Below, piece by piece: positions 8,996 to 18,813 of a stretch of DNA of 64,000 nucleotides. This DNA is from an uncultured Bacteroidales bacterium (GTDB taxonomy: Bacteria > Bacteroidota > Bacteroidia > Bacteroidales > CAZJDA01), in NCBI GenBank assembly GCA_964544705.1, contig CAZJDA010000005.1, forward strand, positions 12,661 through 76,660, given 5' to 3'. How positions within the stretch are numbered: position 1 is the stretch's first letter; each line of letters opens with the position of its first letter. A program made the position numbers and the translations under genes. The notes beneath the pieces were generated by a model. It was not told where the DNA came from. It did no database searches and worked only from the letters and a program-made list of their open reading frames with translations.

Positions 8996-9775
8996 ATGAT
9001 ATTAACAGATACTCACACCCATTTATATTTAGAAAATTTTAACGAGGATAGAAAAGAAGCTATAGGCAGGGCTTTCGACAAAGGTGTAAAATATCTTTTC
9101 CTGCCAAATATTGATAGCAGCTCTATTGATGACATGCTCAAGCTGTCAGGGAAATACCCTGAAAACTGTTTCCCTATGATGGGGCTTCATCCCGGTTCGG
9201 TAGATGAAAACTACCAAAAGGAACTCAAGGCTATAGAAAACTGGTTGCATAAAGAAAAGTTTTATGCGGTTGGAGAGGTAGGGATAGACCTATACTGGGA
9301 CAAAACGTATTACAAAGAGCAAGAAAAAGCTTTTTCACAGCAGATGCATTGGGCGTCTGAAATGGATTTGCCATTGGTTATCCATTCCAGGAAATCATTA
9401 AACGAGATTATTTCCATCATGAAAAAACACCCTACCCTAAATTTGACAGGGGTATTTCATTGCTTTCCTGGAAGCCCGGAAGATGCTGAAAAAATTGTTG
9501 ATATGGGATTTAAAATTGGAATTGGCGGGGTAGTTACTTTTAAAAATGCCAAAATGGCCAAAGTTGTTGAAAAGATTCCCTTAGAAACAATCCTTTTGGA
9601 GACCGATGCACCGTTTCTTACACCCCATCCTTACAGGGGAAAAAGAAATGAAAGCGCATACATCTACTATATTGCAGAAAAAATTGCAGAAATAAAACAA
9701 CTTGATATTGAGAAGGTTGCAAAAGTAACGACCAAGTCAGCGTTAGAAATGTTTAAATTGAAAAAAAATGAATAA
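8996..9775 (+). CDS. tatD: TatD-family metal-dependent hydrolase/DNase
   Basis: 259 aa. MILTDTHTHLY, GEVGIDLYWD, VIHSR and LETDAPFL are the canonical TatD metal-binding motifs. Confidence 0.9.
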   Translation: MILTDTHTHLYLENFNEDRKEAIGRAFDKGVKYLFLPNIDSSSIDDMLKLSGKYPENCFPMMGLHPGSVDENYQKELKAIENWLHKEKFYAVGEVGIDLYWDKTYYKEQEKAFSQQMHWASEMDLPLVIHSRKSLNEIISIMKKHPTLNLTGVFHCFPGSPEDAEKIVDMGFKIGIGGVVTFKNAKMAKVVEKIPLETILLETDAPFLTPHPYRGKRNESAYIYYIAEKIAEIKQLDIEKVAKVTTKSALEMFKLKKNE

Positions 9776-10796
9776 CAGGCCATCTATACTTATCATATAC
9801 ACCGGCGGCACTATTGGCATGGTAGAAGACCCGGAAACAGGCGCTCTTAACCCGTTTGATTTTGAACACATATACAATGAAATTCCTGAACTTTCAAAAC
9901 TCAAACTGGATTTAAAGTCCTATTCTTTTAACCCGTTGATGGATTCTTCTAATATGAACCCCCAAAACTGGATCAAAATTGCAGAAGTGATTGAAGATTA
10001 CTACGATGATTACGATGGGTTTGTTATATTGCATGGTTCTGATACTATGGCCTACACAGCTTCAGCCTTGAGTTTCATGTTTGAAAACCTTGGCAAACCG
10101 GTCATTTTAACAGGCTCGCAATTGCCCGTTGGGATTATCAGGACAGATGGAAAAGAAAATGTAATTACTTCTATAGAAATAGCCGCAGCGCAGAAAGATG
10201 GCAAACCTATTGTACCCGAGGTTTGCATATATTTTGAGAATGAATTGTACCGCGGCAACAGGACACACAAATATAACACCGAGCATTTTGAAGCTTTCCG
10301 CTCGGTAAACTATCCTCCTTTGGCCGAAGCCGGTGTAAGCATTAAATACAACCACACAGCCATACAAAAGGCCAATGACCAAGAGTTCAGGGTTTTTAAG
10401 AATTTTGATAACAATATTGCTATTATTAAGTTGTTTCCCGGCATACAGGAAAAAGTTATAAAGTCAATTATCAATACGGAGGGTTTGGAGGGAATTGTTT
10501 TAGAGACTTTTGGTTCGGGCAATGCACCCACGGTTCAATGGTTTGTTGATTGTTTAAAAGAGGCTGTTGAAAAAGGCATTATCATTTATAACGTCACCCA
10601 GTGTAGGGGAGGGGCCGTGAAAATGGGGAAATACCAAACCAGCCTGGGGCTCGAAGAAATGGGTGTGGTGTCAGGTAGCGATATTACTACAGAAGCAGCG
10701 GTTGGCAAGATCATGTATCTTCTTGGTAATAAACATCCTAAAAACAGGCTCAAGAAATACCTAAAAACGTCCTTAAGAGGTGAACTGACAGCTTAA
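9768..10796 (+). CDS. ansA: L-asparaginase, type I (cytoplasmic)
   Basis: 342 aa. The ILIIYTGGTIGM threonine motif and HGSDTMAYTASALSF are present. Confidence 0.9.
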   Translation: MNNRPSILIIYTGGTIGMVEDPETGALNPFDFEHIYNEIPELSKLKLDLKSYSFNPLMDSSNMNPQNWIKIAEVIEDYYDDYDGFVILHGSDTMAYTASALSFMFENLGKPVILTGSQLPVGIIRTDGKENVITSIEIAAAQKDGKPIVPEVCIYFENELYRGNRTHKYNTEHFEAFRSVNYPPLAEAGVSIKYNHTAIQKANDQEFRVFKNFDNNIAIIKLFPGIQEKVIKSIINTEGLEGIVLETFGSGNAPTVQWFVDCLKEAVEKGIIIYNVTQCRGGAVKMGKYQTSLGLEEMGVVSGSDITTEAAVGKIMYLLGNKHPKNRLKKYLKTSLRGELTA

Positions 10797-10822
10797 ATCA
10801 AGGTTTCCTTAGCTTGAAAAAA

Positions 10823-11635
10823 TTATTGGCACTTGTATGATTTCACGCGAAGAAACTTTTTTTCTCCTCCCGGACATGGGCTTTTTGAACCAGGTTTCCT
10901 TTCTTCTGTGGTATAATAGCCCTTTACTATAATTTGTTTACATTGAATATCTTCCTCATCATCAAAACAAACAGGGATTTCTTCTCCTTGGGAAGTGGTT
11001 ATATATCCTCCATTATAACAATAGCAACTTAAAGATTCCATAACACCTTTTATACTCCTGAAACGGCCTTTTATTGTCACTTCTTCAATGGGCGGAACCG
11101 TTTTTCCTCGTTTAATTTTCTTCCCTTTTTTGTTGATGTAAAACCATTCATCGCTTTCCATGCATGTGTGTTCGCCGTCTTTTTGAAGTGTGCATTTTAA
11201 TGCTACTTTTGCAACCCCGCTTTTAAAAGGAGCTGCGCATTGATATTGGGGCTTTACGATTATTTTCCCGCTTTTATCTGCATAACCAATTTTCCCGTTT
11301 TTAATAATCCTGAAAAGCCCATCAGATAGATAATCGGGGCCATTATCATACCAATATACTTCATACAATACATTTTCGTTTTTATCAATGGCAATGCATT
11401 TTTTGTTTTTGTCCAAGACAATCGCAAATTCCTTTAAAGTATCCGTGTAACAATAATAATACTTGGCTATTGGAATCACAGTATCGCCGGCAGTATTTAC
11501 ATAGCCGCATTCCACACCTATTTCGTCATATTCACCATGATATACTTTGATAAGGTAACCGTTTTCCTGGCTTTGGCTGCAACCCGTTGTTACTAAAAAT
11601 ACTGCTAAAGCGATAATCAATAAAGCTCTTGACAT
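10823..11635 (-). CDS. WG-repeat (KWG) lipoprotein
   Basis: The start is taken at MSRALLIIALAVFLVTTGCSQ (lipobox), ATG at 11635. WG-repeat-like segments are GLFRIIKNGKIGYADKSGKIIVKPQY and APFKSGVAKV. Confidence 0.7.
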   Translation of the reverse strand: MSRALLIIALAVFLVTTGCSQSQENGYLIKVYHGEYDEIGVECGYVNTAGDTVIPIAKYYYCYTDTLKEFAIVLDKNKKCIAIDKNENVLYEVYWYDNGPDYLSDGLFRIIKNGKIGYADKSGKIIVKPQYQCAAPFKSGVAKVALKCTLQKDGEHTCMESDEWFYINKKGKKIKRGKTVPPIEEVTIKGRFRSIKGVMESLSCYCYNGGYITTSQGEEIPVCFDDEEDIQCKQIIVKGYYTTEERKPGSKSPCPGGEKKFLRVKSYKCQ

Positions 11636-11800
11636 AGGATGTGATTTAATAAATGTAAAACTATTTGGTGCAATATACGCAAAAAACTTTATATAAAGTT
11701 TGGAGTTGGAAGGAAAAGTTTGTAAAGTTAAAAATAGCATGTCATTTATCGTTAACCAATTGTCTCTATAGTTTGTGTTGTTTTTAAAAATATTTATTTA

Positions 11801-11950
11801 CCACGGAGGAACTGATTACACGGAGAGGCATGGAGGTTTTTTAATGAATATTTGATAATATATTTCTCCGTGTATCTTCGTGCCCTCCATGCCTCCGTGG
11901 TTCAGACTTTCTTCCTCTGTGTATCTCCATGCCCTCTATGTCTCTGTGTT
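11801..11950. repeat. Intergenic imperfect inverted-repeat element built from CACGGAG/CTCCGTG words (copy A, with a degenerate duplicated right arm)
   Basis: The sequence is ccacggagg..tacacggagaggcatggagg-loop-tctccgtgtatcttcgtgccctccatgcctccgtgg. It is ~80% identical by eye to 55723-55824. A degenerate second right arm lies at 11909-11950. Confidence 0.7.
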
Positions 11951-12023
11951 TCATATCACTCTTCATGTTTTCTTGATTTTTGGTTTTTAATTTTGTATCT
12001 TTATTCATTAAAAAAACACAGCC

Positions 12024-12896
12024 ATGAAAACCTCAAAGATTTTTAAAACTACAGCCTTATTTCTCGTATTTGCTTTGTTTACAAGTATTCTGTTAACAAC
12101 ATCATGCGGCAAAGACGACAATGATGATGATGACATGCAAACAAAAGAATCCCCGGATATTCCACCACCCGAGGAATCTTTCGAGATCAATTTTTCTCAT
12201 CTTGATACAGGTGAAAATTCTGCTTATGCTTCATTAGTAAAAGGAGAAAAAAACTATTCCTATGCCAATTTTTGGCATTCTGCTTTTATTGTTTGGGCAT
12301 GGGATTTTATACTAAAGGTTAACCTTGCTATTCCTGTTGCTTCTTTTAAAGTGGCTGTTGCACAAGAGGCAGGGCAAGTTTCTGATGACCCTTACAAATG
12401 GAAGTGGTCCTATGATTTTTGGAACGGGCAATATTCTGCTGAACTTTTCGCGACACTGCAAAATTCAGAAATCAAATGGGAAATGTTTATCAACCATCAA
12501 AATTTTGAAAAGCCTTTTTTATGGTATGAAGGAAAATCTAATATAGGCAGCACTTCCGGGACTTGGACATTATACAAAACATACCAAAACCCAGTGAGAT
12601 ATATTGACATTGAATGGGAGCGCACACCTGCCGATGAAACATGGGAGATCAAATACACCCATTCTGAAGAAGGCGCCAATAATTATGGAGGTTATGTTGT
12701 ATATGGCGTAACCAACGAAGCCGATTACGACCTATATTATAGCGTAAGCAATGTTGCCGAAGGCCGGTTAACAGAAATTCAAATGAATAAAGAACTACAA
12801 TATGGCCGGGTAAAAGACAATATACGTTTTGATGACGAAATTTGGCATTGTTGGTCAGAAGAATACTATGATATTGATTGTGATTCTGTACCATAG
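12024..12896 (+). CDS. Hypothetical lipoprotein
   Basis: 290 aa. It has a signal/lipobox LLTTSCGKDDNDDDD. No family was recognised. Confidence 0.6.
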   Translation: MKTSKIFKTTALFLVFALFTSILLTTSCGKDDNDDDDMQTKESPDIPPPEESFEINFSHLDTGENSAYASLVKGEKNYSYANFWHSAFIVWAWDFILKVNLAIPVASFKVAVAQEAGQVSDDPYKWKWSYDFWNGQYSAELFATLQNSEIKWEMFINHQNFEKPFLWYEGKSNIGSTSGTWTLYKTYQNPVRYIDIEWERTPADETWEIKYTHSEEGANNYGGYVVYGVTNEADYDLYYSVSNVAEGRLTEIQMNKELQYGRVKDNIRFDDEIWHCWSEEYYDIDCDSVP

Positions 12897-13377
12897 CAAA
12901 AAATGCTTTTATTCCTTGGAGTGTGACCAAAAAGCCTTTTAATTCGACATTTTGATCCCTCACAGCCGAGAGAGGCATTTTGGCTTTAATAACCAGGTAG
13001 TTATTTTTTAGCAGATATCTTTATATCTTTAGAGATGAACTTTTTTTGGACATTTCCTTATTATTTCATAACAAGTTGCAAAGATACAAATTAGAATGCT
13101 CACTTGTATTAGGCCTTTCAACTTTATTAATTTTTCAAACTTTCAAACTCAATAAACAATAAAAAAAAGCGTTTAAAATTCGTAATTACGAACAAAATAT
13201 AATCAAATTTTTTTTTTGGTATCAATTTTTTTGTATTTTAGCTCCCTGTTTCGGAAAGGTTCTTTGTTTCAAAAAGCGTGCTGTAAGTAAGCATAAAGAA
13301 AATTCAGGCATAAAGAAACAGGAAGAAATTTAAAGTCATGCCTGTTTTAATAGGCGTTAGCAAAAGATATAAGAAAA

Positions 13378-13466
13378 GGAGAGATGGCCGAGCGGTTGAA
13401 GGCGCACGCCTGGAAAGTGTGTATCCGCTTACCGGCGGATCGAGGGTTCGAATCCCTCTCTCTCCG
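13378..13466 (+). tRNA. tRNA-Ser (anticodon GGA)
   Basis: The acceptor stem GGAGAGA pairs with TCTCTCC. The D-arm is GCCGAGCGGTTGAAGGC and the anticodon loop is CTGGAAA. There is a long variable arm, and the T-arm is GAGGG-TTCGAAT-CCCTC with discriminator G. CCA is not encoded. Confidence 0.93.
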
Positions 13467-13552
13467 CTAATAAGCTGAGGTAGCAAATAATTAATTTTAA
13501 GGATAAATTAATAAATTATTTTAAAAATCAATAACTAATAATTTTGTTCACT

Positions 13553-14401
13553 ATGAAAAAACTATTCGCATTTTTGACAATAGCAGGAATGCTAACGTTA
13601 AGCGTTTCTAATGCTTTGTATGCACAAGATGATGCAGAAAAAGCAGCGGATGATCAGCAAGAGGTAAAAGAGGAAATGGTTGATACTACAGAAGCAGCCG
13701 ATACAGCAGCAGAAGAAGCTGCAAAGCAGGAACCTCTCCAAACAATGGAAGCTCCTGAAACAGACCAGACTTTTCACCAGATCATCAAAGACAAATTTGT
13801 TGAAGGTACCCCTGAATTTATGGGTATTGTACTTCTCTGTTTGATCTTTGGCCTGGCCCTGGTTATTGAGCGTATCATTTACCTTAACCTTGCTACTACA
13901 AACAGCAAAAAGCTTTTAACCAAAGTAGAAGAAGAAATAGAAGCCGGTGGCGTTGATGCTGCAAAAGAACTTTGCCGTAATACGAGAGGCCCTGTTGCAA
14001 GTATTTTCTTCCAAGGACTTGACAGGTATGACGAAGGCATAGACCAAGTAGAAAAGGCAATTGTTTCCTATGGTAGTGTTCTTCAAGGAAGGTTGGAAAA
14101 AGGATTATCATGGATATCATTATTTATCGCCATTGCTCCTATGCTTGGTTTCATGGGTACGGTTATTGGTATGATCGGCGCTTTTGATGCTATTGAGCAA
14201 GCAGGTGATATCTCTCCTACTGTTGTGGCAGGAGGTATTAAAGTGGCACTTCTTACTACAGTGTTTGGTTTGATCACTGCCATTATCCTCCAGATATTCT
14301 ATAACTACTTGATCGCAAAAGTTGAAAGCTTAGTAAACACTATGGAAGATGCAACCATTAGCTTTATGGATATTCTCGTGAAATTTAATGCTAAAAAATA
14401 A
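13553..14401 (+). CDS. exbB: MotA/TolQ/ExbB proton-channel protein with an acidic N-terminal extension
   Basis: The C-terminal half IAIAPMLGFMGTVIGMIGAF..ALLTTVFGL is the ExbB/TolQ signature. It is followed by two ExbD genes. Confidence 0.85.
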   Translation: MKKLFAFLTIAGMLTLSVSNALYAQDDAEKAADDQQEVKEEMVDTTEAADTAAEEAAKQEPLQTMEAPETDQTFHQIIKDKFVEGTPEFMGIVLLCLIFGLALVIERIIYLNLATTNSKKLLTKVEEEIEAGGVDAAKELCRNTRGPVASIFFQGLDRYDEGIDQVEKAIVSYGSVLQGRLEKGLSWISLFIAIAPMLGFMGTVIGMIGAFDAIEQAGDISPTVVAGGIKVALLTTVFGLITAIILQIFYNYLIAKVESLVNTMEDATISFMDILVKFNAKK

Positions 14402-14409
14402 ACCGAATT

Positions 14410-14850
14410 ATGAGTGATAAATTATCTAACATCATACGTATTGCTTTATTGGTATTGGGTGTAATCGCTGCAGTTTTATTCTATACAGCTATTGGCGGGC
14501 ATACAGAAGAAGAAGTGGCCCAATTGAGCCAAACTGACCTTATTATCAATTTTACCAAGGTTCTGTTAGGCATAGCTACTGTTATTGCTATAGTTGCCCC
14601 TATTATCATTATGGCACGGAATCCGAAAAATGCAAGGGGTGTTTTACTTGGAATAGTTATCCTTGCCATCCTGTTTTTAATTTCTTACTTTGTATCGGTT
14701 GACAGTGTTGAAACTGCAGCAATGCAAAAACATGAAATAGCACAAAATACTTCAAAACTTGTAGGAACAGGAATTATTCTTACTTACATTTTGGCAGGCT
14801 TAGCATTGGTGCTGTCTGCTTTAAGTGGCTTAACAAGAATGTTTAAATAA
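14410..14850 (+). CDS. Hypothetical integral membrane protein within the exbB-exbD cluster
   Basis: 146 aa with four hydrophobic helices. It is tightly spaced between exbB and exbD. Confidence 0.6.
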   Translation: MSDKLSNIIRIALLVLGVIAAVLFYTAIGGHTEEEVAQLSQTDLIINFTKVLLGIATVIAIVAPIIIMARNPKNARGVLLGIVILAILFLISYFVSVDSVETAAMQKHEIAQNTSKLVGTGIILTYILAGLALVLSALSGLTRMFK

Positions 14851-14858
14851 AAAAAATT

Positions 14859-15497
14859 ATGGCACGAAAAACTCCTGAAATAAATGGTGGGTCTATGGCA
14901 GATATTGCTTTCCTGCTCCTTATCTTTTTCCTGGTTGCAACAACTATGGATATAGATACAGGAATCATGAGGCAGTTGCCACCACCACCCGACCCTACTG
15001 TCGAACCTCCGGAAATTAAGGAAAGGAATGTTTTCGTTGTTCTGATAAACGCACAAGATAGGCTGTTTGTTGAAAACAGGGTTTTGCAAGTTGGACAGCT
15101 CCGCCAAAAAACGAAGGAGTTTCTCACAAACCCACGTAGAAGCGATAATTTATCAGAACAGGAAACTTTTGGTGAAAAAATAAAAGCGGCCAGGGAAAAG
15201 GGCGAATCCCAAAAGTTAGCAGATTTACAACGAAACATGGAACTCCTCGGAGATGTGAGTGTTTCAAAAGGTGTTATATCTCTGCGTAACGACCGAGGTA
15301 CATCTTACGACATGTATATCCAAGTACAAAATGAACTTGCTGCTGCTGTTAGAGAACTTAGGGACGAAATGGCCGAGAAAAATTTCGGCAAAAAATTTAA
15401 CAACCTCACCAACGAAGAACAGGTAGAGGCCATTAAAGACGCCGTCCCAATGCCAATCTCTGAAGCAGAGCCTAAAGATGTAGGAGGATCTAAATAA
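14859..15497 (+). CDS. exbD: ExbD/TolR biopolymer transport protein (long form)
   Basis: The N-terminus PEINGGSMADIAFLLLIFFLVATTM is the ExbD/TolR TM signature. Confidence 0.85.
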   Translation: MARKTPEINGGSMADIAFLLLIFFLVATTMDIDTGIMRQLPPPPDPTVEPPEIKERNVFVVLINAQDRLFVENRVLQVGQLRQKTKEFLTNPRRSDNLSEQETFGEKIKAAREKGESQKLADLQRNMELLGDVSVSKGVISLRNDRGTSYDMYIQVQNELAAAVRELRDEMAEKNFGKKFNNLTNEEQVEAIKDAVPMPISEAEPKDVGGSK

Positions 15498-15970
15498 TGG
15501 GTAGATTTAAAAAGAAAGGAAATAAAGAATTACCTGCTGTTTCAACCTCTTCATTACCTGATATCATTTTTATGCTACTATTCTTCTTTATGGTAGCTAC
15601 CGTGATGAGAGAAACAACCTTGTATGTTAACATCAAGGTTCCGAAAGCAACCGAGGTTCAGAAACTTGAAAAGAAATCAGCGGTAAGTTATATCTATATC
15701 GGTGAACCAAAACAACCCGGTGTTTATGGCACGGAGCCGCGTATCCAACTCAATGATGCGATTTCGGAAGTTGATGATGTACAGAAATTCATTATCAGCG
15801 AAAAAGAATCTGCAAGGCCGGAAGACCGCCCATTTCTTACAACATCTTTTAAGGTGGATGAGGAAACAAAAATGGGCCTCGTTACCGATGTAAAACAAGA
15901 ACTTAGACAAGCTGGAGCCTTTAAAATAAACTACTCTAGCCGTAAAAACCTGGAGAGAAATAATAAATAG
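15497..15970 (+). CDS. exbD: ExbD/TolR biopolymer transport protein
   Basis: SSLPDIIFMLLFFFMVATVM is an ExbD-type TM segment. Its start overlaps the previous gene's stop. Confidence 0.85.
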   Translation: MGRFKKKGNKELPAVSTSSLPDIIFMLLFFFMVATVMRETTLYVNIKVPKATEVQKLEKKSAVSYIYIGEPKQPGVYGTEPRIQLNDAISEVDDVQKFIISEKESARPEDRPFLTTSFKVDEETKMGLVTDVKQELRQAGAFKINYSSRKNLERNNK

Positions 15971-15993
15971 TTTGTTTTTATTTATAATTTTAG

Positions 15994-16023
15994 GCTGTTC
16001 AAGCTTTTTGAACAGCCTTTTTA
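15994..16023 (+). terminator. Rho-independent terminator after the exbD genes
   Basis: ggctgttc (15994-16001) pairs with gaacagcc (16011-16018). A TTTTT run follows. Confidence 0.7.
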
Positions 16024-16029
16024 CAATGG

Positions 16030-16482
16030 ATGGGAAGGGTTATGTTAAAAATTGAACGATTTACCGCGGAAAATAAAGACCTTTATAAAAAAAGTTTTCA
16101 CATCAGGGAAAAAGTTTTTATTGATGAGCAACGTATTGACCCTGAAATAGAGCAAGATGATTACGAACAAACCTCCGTTTATTACCTTGTTTTTAAAAAA
16201 GTTTTACCCTTAGCAACTGCCAGATGGAGGGAAACCTCGGAAGGCATAAAAATTGAACGTTTTGCTACATTAAAAGAATTCAGGAACCATTCTATTGGCA
16301 CCCAACTTTTAAAGAGAATGCTTAAAGATATTGTACCTTTAAAGCAAACCGTTTACCTCCACGCACAAAAAACTAGCGTGAGGTTTTACCAAAAACACGG
16401 GTTCCAACTTCAATGCGAAAAATTCGAAGAAGCCGGTATAGAGCATTATAAGATGGTTTATAATGCTAAAAAGAAAAAGTAA
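16030..16482 (+). CDS. GNAT family N-acetyltransferase
   Basis: 150 aa. IERFATLKEFRNHSIGTQLLKRML and FYQKHGF are GNAT motif A/B-like. The true start may be the ATG at 16042. Confidence 0.75.
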   Translation: MGRVMLKIERFTAENKDLYKKSFHIREKVFIDEQRIDPEIEQDDYEQTSVYYLVFKKVLPLATARWRETSEGIKIERFATLKEFRNHSIGTQLLKRMLKDIVPLKQTVYLHAQKTSVRFYQKHGFQLQCEKFEEAGIEHYKMVYNAKKKK

Positions 16483-16566
16483 ACGAAATGGGCATCTTTA
16501 CTTGATATTGAATGGGCATCTTATATGTACTTACCTGTTTTTTAAAATTCTTAATTGGTTTTTGGA

Positions 16567-16641
16567 CCACATAAGGGCACATGAGGTTCATATAAGATTT
16601 TGTTTTACAGACTTATGTGCATTTTATATGTACTAATGTGG
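16567..16641. repeat. Hairpin element with the same CCAC..GTGG skeleton as the CACGGAG repeats but with ATAA/TTAT words (variant copy C)
   Basis: The sequence is ccacataagggcacatgaggttcatataag-loop-cttatgtgcattttatatgtactaatgtgg. It has a three-word left arm and complementary right-arm words. Confidence 0.55.
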
Positions 16642-16764
16642 TTTTAACAAAATTCTTATTCAATTTTACCAGTTCCTATTACAAACATTCCAAATGGATA
16701 TGGTATATTTGTTTAAATTCTGATAACAAATAACTAAACATTTAAAAAATAAAAAAAGTAGGTT

Positions 16765-17547
16765 ATGATAAGAAATCACGAGAATGTTTTTGCCTTATTT
16801 TTAATTTTACTAGCTCACTGTTTTTTCTTTATGGGTTGCAAAAAACTCCCCTTGCAAAAAAGTAAATACTATTCAGAAAAGGCTTATAACAACGAGTTTT
16901 TTGATTATTATGACCCTGAAAGCAAGATAAGGTATGAATTTTATAATGATGATAAGAATTTTTACTTCAAAATGGATACTTACGAGAGGCTAACACAAAT
17001 AAAAATTCTTAGTGGCGGTTTAAAGATATGTATAGATACCCTTTCAAAAACTACGCCATCGCAATTTATTCATTATCCTTTATCTATAGAGAAAAGAGCG
17101 GGTGGTTATGAAAAAGAAAACGTTATTGAACAATTCAATAAGCAAAGGAGACTATCGGAAAGGATTGATAATTTGCCAAAAATTGGCATTGTTAAAAGTT
17201 ATAAAGATATTAAAGAACTGGATTTTATGACGGGAGAGCAACCAATTCAAGCAGAGCTGTCTGCTGACTCAATAGGCAACTTGGTTTATGAGCTGAAATT
17301 CCCCATCAAATACTTTTTCCCAAAAGGGTATAAAGAAGATAAAGAATTTTCCCTGGGAATCGTTACCGGCCATCTTGACCTTCCTAAACAAACTAATAAT
17401 ATGCAAAATCAATTGCCCCCACCAGGAAGAGATATAACTGGCATCAATACACAAAGAGCCAGGAGCTATAACCGCACAAACATGTCTATTATGAGGCAAC
17501 AAATTGCAGAGCCTATAAAAGTGTGGTTTAAAACAAGTTTATTTTAG
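16765..17547 (+). CDS. Hypothetical lipoprotein
   Basis: 260 aa. The signal ends in FFFMGCKK. No family was recognised. Confidence 0.55.
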   Translation: MIRNHENVFALFLILLAHCFFFMGCKKLPLQKSKYYSEKAYNNEFFDYYDPESKIRYEFYNDDKNFYFKMDTYERLTQIKILSGGLKICIDTLSKTTPSQFIHYPLSIEKRAGGYEKENVIEQFNKQRRLSERIDNLPKIGIVKSYKDIKELDFMTGEQPIQAELSADSIGNLVYELKFPIKYFFPKGYKEDKEFSLGIVTGHLDLPKQTNNMQNQLPPPGRDITGINTQRARSYNRTNMSIMRQQIAEPIKVWFKTSLF

Positions 17548-17563
17548 AGAACTTTAATCACGA

Positions 17564-18796
17564 TTATTCGTTTATCCTTACCAGGTATTTCTTGGATATT
17601 TGTTTAACGGGGTAAAAAGCCGTTAAAATCCCGATTATAAAAACCGTAATCATTACCATGAAAATGTCCGTGGCCTCGATCTTAACAGGATAAGCAGAAA
17701 CTACAAAAGAAGCTCCTGTTTGTATAGGAATAAAGCCAAAGGTTTGTTGTAGCCAGCATATCAATGTGCCGATTATAACCCCAGCTAGCGCCCCTGTGAA
17801 GGTAATGAGCAATCCCTCCATTATAAAGATTCTTCTTATCGTTCTGATGTTAGCCCCCATGCTCCAAAGTATGGTGATATCCTTTTTCTTGTCAATAATA
17901 AGCATGGATAATGAACCAATTACATTAAAAGTAGCAATAACAAGGATAAAAGAAAGTATCAAGAAAATAGCCCATTTTTCCGATTTCATGATCTTATAAA
18001 GCATTTCTTGCTGTTGAAACCTATCCTTTACTTCATAATTCTCTCCTAATAGTTTTTCTAACTGCTCCTGTATATTGCCGGTACGGGCATTTTTATCTAA
18101 ACCAATTTCTATAGAAGTTATTTGTGATGAATAATTCAATATTTGCCTGGCAAAATCTAAGGGTACAATGATATATTTTGTATCAAATTCCTGCTGAACA
18201 GAAAAAACTCCAGCAGGCATTATTACCCGGTGATTAAATGCACTTTTAGGATTAATGGTGATGCCTGTTTGTGTTCTCTTTGGGACGTAAACATTTAGTT
18301 GTTGGCTAAAATCTCTCAAATTAAGTCCTAAAGAATAGGCAATTCCAGCCCCAACAACAGCAAAGCTGCGTTTTTCGTCTTCCAGGACAAAACTACCATC
18401 AATGATCATGGTGTCTACGCCGCTCATTTGGCGATATTCATGTCCAACACCCTTTATTGTGGCTATGTATTGCCTGTTGTTATAACGTATTAAAGCATTT
18501 TCCTCCAAAACTTCAGTTAAGTGCACAACACCAGGTATCTTTTTTATTTCTTGGACAGGGAGGCTGTCAATATCCATTATTTTCCCCTTTTTTGCAGTAA
18601 CCTGTAAATCAGGATTAAAGGAGTTGAAGAGTGAGCGTACCAGTTCTTCAAATCCATTAAAAACAGATAAAACCACTACCAATGCAATAGTACCAACAGT
18701 AACACCAATAATAGCCACCTTGGTGATAATGTTTATTACATTGTTCGATTTTTTTGACTTAAAATACCTCCGGGCAACAAAAAACGGGAAATTCAA
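17564..18796 (-). CDS. FtsX-like ABC transporter permease (LolC/LolE-like)
   Basis: 410 aa. It has the MNFPFFVARRYFKSKKSNNVINIITKVAIIGV N-terminus and a C-terminal FtsX 3-TM bundle. Confidence 0.85.
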   Translation of the reverse strand: MNFPFFVARRYFKSKKSNNVINIITKVAIIGVTVGTIALVVVLSVFNGFEELVRSLFNSFNPDLQVTAKKGKIMDIDSLPVQEIKKIPGVVHLTEVLEENALIRYNNRQYIATIKGVGHEYRQMSGVDTMIIDGSFVLEDEKRSFAVVGAGIAYSLGLNLRDFSQQLNVYVPKRTQTGITINPKSAFNHRVIMPAGVFSVQQEFDTKYIIVPLDFARQILNYSSQITSIEIGLDKNARTGNIQEQLEKLLGENYEVKDRFQQQEMLYKIMKSEKWAIFLILSFILVIATFNVIGSLSMLIIDKKKDITILWSMGANIRTIRRIFIMEGLLITFTGALAGVIIGTLICWLQQTFGFIPIQTGASFVVSAYPVKIEATDIFMVMITVFIIGILTAFYPVKQISKKYLVRINE

Positions 18797-18813
18797 AGCT
18801 TTAGTGTTTTTGG

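Noticed and set aside
12649-12978. A 109-aa minus-strand ORF overlapping the 3' end of the 12024-12896 lipoprotein gene
   Set aside because: It lies largely inside a better-supported plus-strand ORF and has no recognisable features.
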